A DNA stretch of 63,808 bases, the filler included, from Stramenopiles sp. TOSAG23-2 (Eukaryota), in the NCBI GenBank assembly GCA_900128395.1. It is 7 parts of 7 records of this genome, joined end to end, with 100 filler letters (N's around TTAATTAATTAA, not from the genome) between each part and the next. Parts side by side here need not be neighbours in the genome. Positions count along the whole stretch, not along the records: positions 59,379 to 63,808 come from LT650183.1; 6 more parts are not named here. The stretch is one strand, 5' to 3'. The translations under genes were made by a program, and so were the position numbers. Under the pieces are notes generated by a model that did not search any database, was not told where the DNA came from, and saw only the letters and a list, made by a program, of their open reading frames with translations. How positions within the stretch are numbered: position 1 is the stretch's first letter; each line of letters opens with the position of its first letter. This document shows, in pieces, positions 62,689 to 63,808 of the stretch.

Positions 62689-63792
62689 TTACATACCAAC
62701 TCTCCAAACACCACGATTTTTTATTCTATTTTGTTGTATAATAGTTTGACTATTTGTTACATTAGCTTTATGTAAATTTGCTAATTTTTGTTCATATTCC
62801 CTACGTTGTTGATTTCGATCACTTCCAACTTGCATTGTTCCCCTATTTGGAAATAATGTTTCTGTTTGTATCGTATTTTGATATGGTGTAATACCAACAC
62901 GTACACCTTCATTTTGTTGTTGTTGATCCGTCATCATCGCTTCCTGTGCACTCATATCCATTATATGTCCAAATACACGTTCTTTCGTATCTGCTTCTTG
63001 TCCCGTCCTTTCCAAATAACGTATATTTCCATTTTTATGATCCGCTTTCATACGTCGTTCTCCAGGTAAATACATAAATTCTTCACCCATATTATGACCT
63101 GTAATAGGATTTCTATCTGGTCTCATAATATGTGAATTTGGTGTCATTGCCGGTCCACGTGGTATATGTATATCATCTATCCATTTATTTGATACAGATG
63201 ATGGTGCACCTGCCCTTGTCTCATTTGCTACTTGATCCCATCCTAATGTACGTAACATATCATCTGTACCAGCACGTACTTCTGGCTTTTTACCATTTTT
63301 TAGAAAAAAATGATGTTTACCATACATTGGGTTACTAGCTGCTATTCTTTCATCTTTTTGTGTCTTTTCAGCATTTCCAGCCCATCCTGGACCACGTTTC
63401 ATTCTTCTATATTCTTTACTACCAGCTGAAAATCTATTTGCATCATAATGACCACGATGCATTTCTGCTTCTAATAGATTCTTTTCAAACGTGCCATGTT
63501 CCATTTGTTCAAATTTAGGTCTCGTCATCCGTTTTTTACTTGATTTAATTTGATCACTAATATCTCTTCCTGCTAATATATTACGCATATCTGGACTACC
63601 ATGTATATTAAATTGTTCATGTATATATGCACGTTTCCCATCTAAACGTTTTTGTACATTATTATTATTATTACTATCATTTTTGGTCTCATCTGTATCT
63701 ATTGCAAATGGAGTCGCACCATGGTATAATGTTGTTTCATTTACAGCTTTATTTCCATGTAAACGTTTAAAATTTTCAGAAAATGCTGACAT
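62689..63792 (-). CDS. Hypothetical hydrophilic protein (367 aa)
   Basis: Long ORF with host codon style and poly-Asn/Gln tracts; no family recognised. Confidence 0.7.
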   Translation of the reverse strand: MSAFSENFKRLHGNKAVNETTLYHGATPFAIDTDETKNDSNNNNNVQKRLDGKRAYIHEQFNIHGSPDMRNILAGRDISDQIKSSKKRMTRPKFEQMEHGTFEKNLLEAEMHRGHYDANRFSAGSKEYRRMKRGPGWAGNAEKTQKDERIAASNPMYGKHHFFLKNGKKPEVRAGTDDMLRTLGWDQVANETRAGAPSSVSNKWIDDIHIPRGPAMTPNSHIMRPDRNPITGHNMGEEFMYLPGERRMKADHKNGNIRYLERTGQEADTKERVFGHIMDMSAQEAMMTDQQQQNEGVRVGITPYQNTIQTETLFPNRGTMQVGSDRNQQRREYEQKLANLHKANVTNSQTIIQQNRIKNRGVWRVGM

Positions 63793-63808
63793 TATTTATT
63801 ATTTTTTT

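Noticed and set aside
1-63808. Alternative genetic code or selenocysteine readthrough
   Set aside because: Conserved genes translate full length with standard stops; no in-frame TGA at a conserved Cys position, including in the ArsM-like domain.

Overview
AT-rich eukaryotic genomic DNA using the standard code (TAA, TAG and TGA all end clear genes). It is intron-poor, with many poly-Asn/Asp tracts. BBS4 implies a flagellated cell; the gene mix suggests a heterotrophic protist such as a marine stramenopile SAG/MAG (inference). The window is not one locus. It is seven unrelated contigs (9805, 9804, 9799, 9797, 9787, 9786 bp plus a 4430 bp partial) sorted by length and joined by artificial N44-TTAATTAATTAA-N44 linkers, so neighbourhoods across linkers mean nothing. 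Recognisable genes: TMEM184/OSTalpha, HSDL2-like SDR with PTS1, TOM40, CDKAL1, LSM3, sialate O-acetylesterase, Strawberry notch, PP2C/PDP-like phosphatase, acyl-CoA synthetase, BBS4 and STI1/HOP. Most interesting: (1) a SAP-domain plus EBP sterol-isomerase fusion, architecturally analogous to lamin B receptor; (2) an NFU1-like domain joined to a 2OG-Fe(II) oxygenase through an internal mitochondrial-presequence-like linker, a candidate polyprotein; (3) a very divergent H3-like histone lacking the alphaN helix; (4) a ChaN-like plus ArsM-like methyltransferase fusion; (5) two related CCC...GGG-ended MITE-like elements, one CTAG-flanked; (6) a 640 bp CpG-free decayed segment; (7) two giant surface proteins with nested or duplicated novel modules. 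All family calls come from motif recognition by eye; no searches were run.
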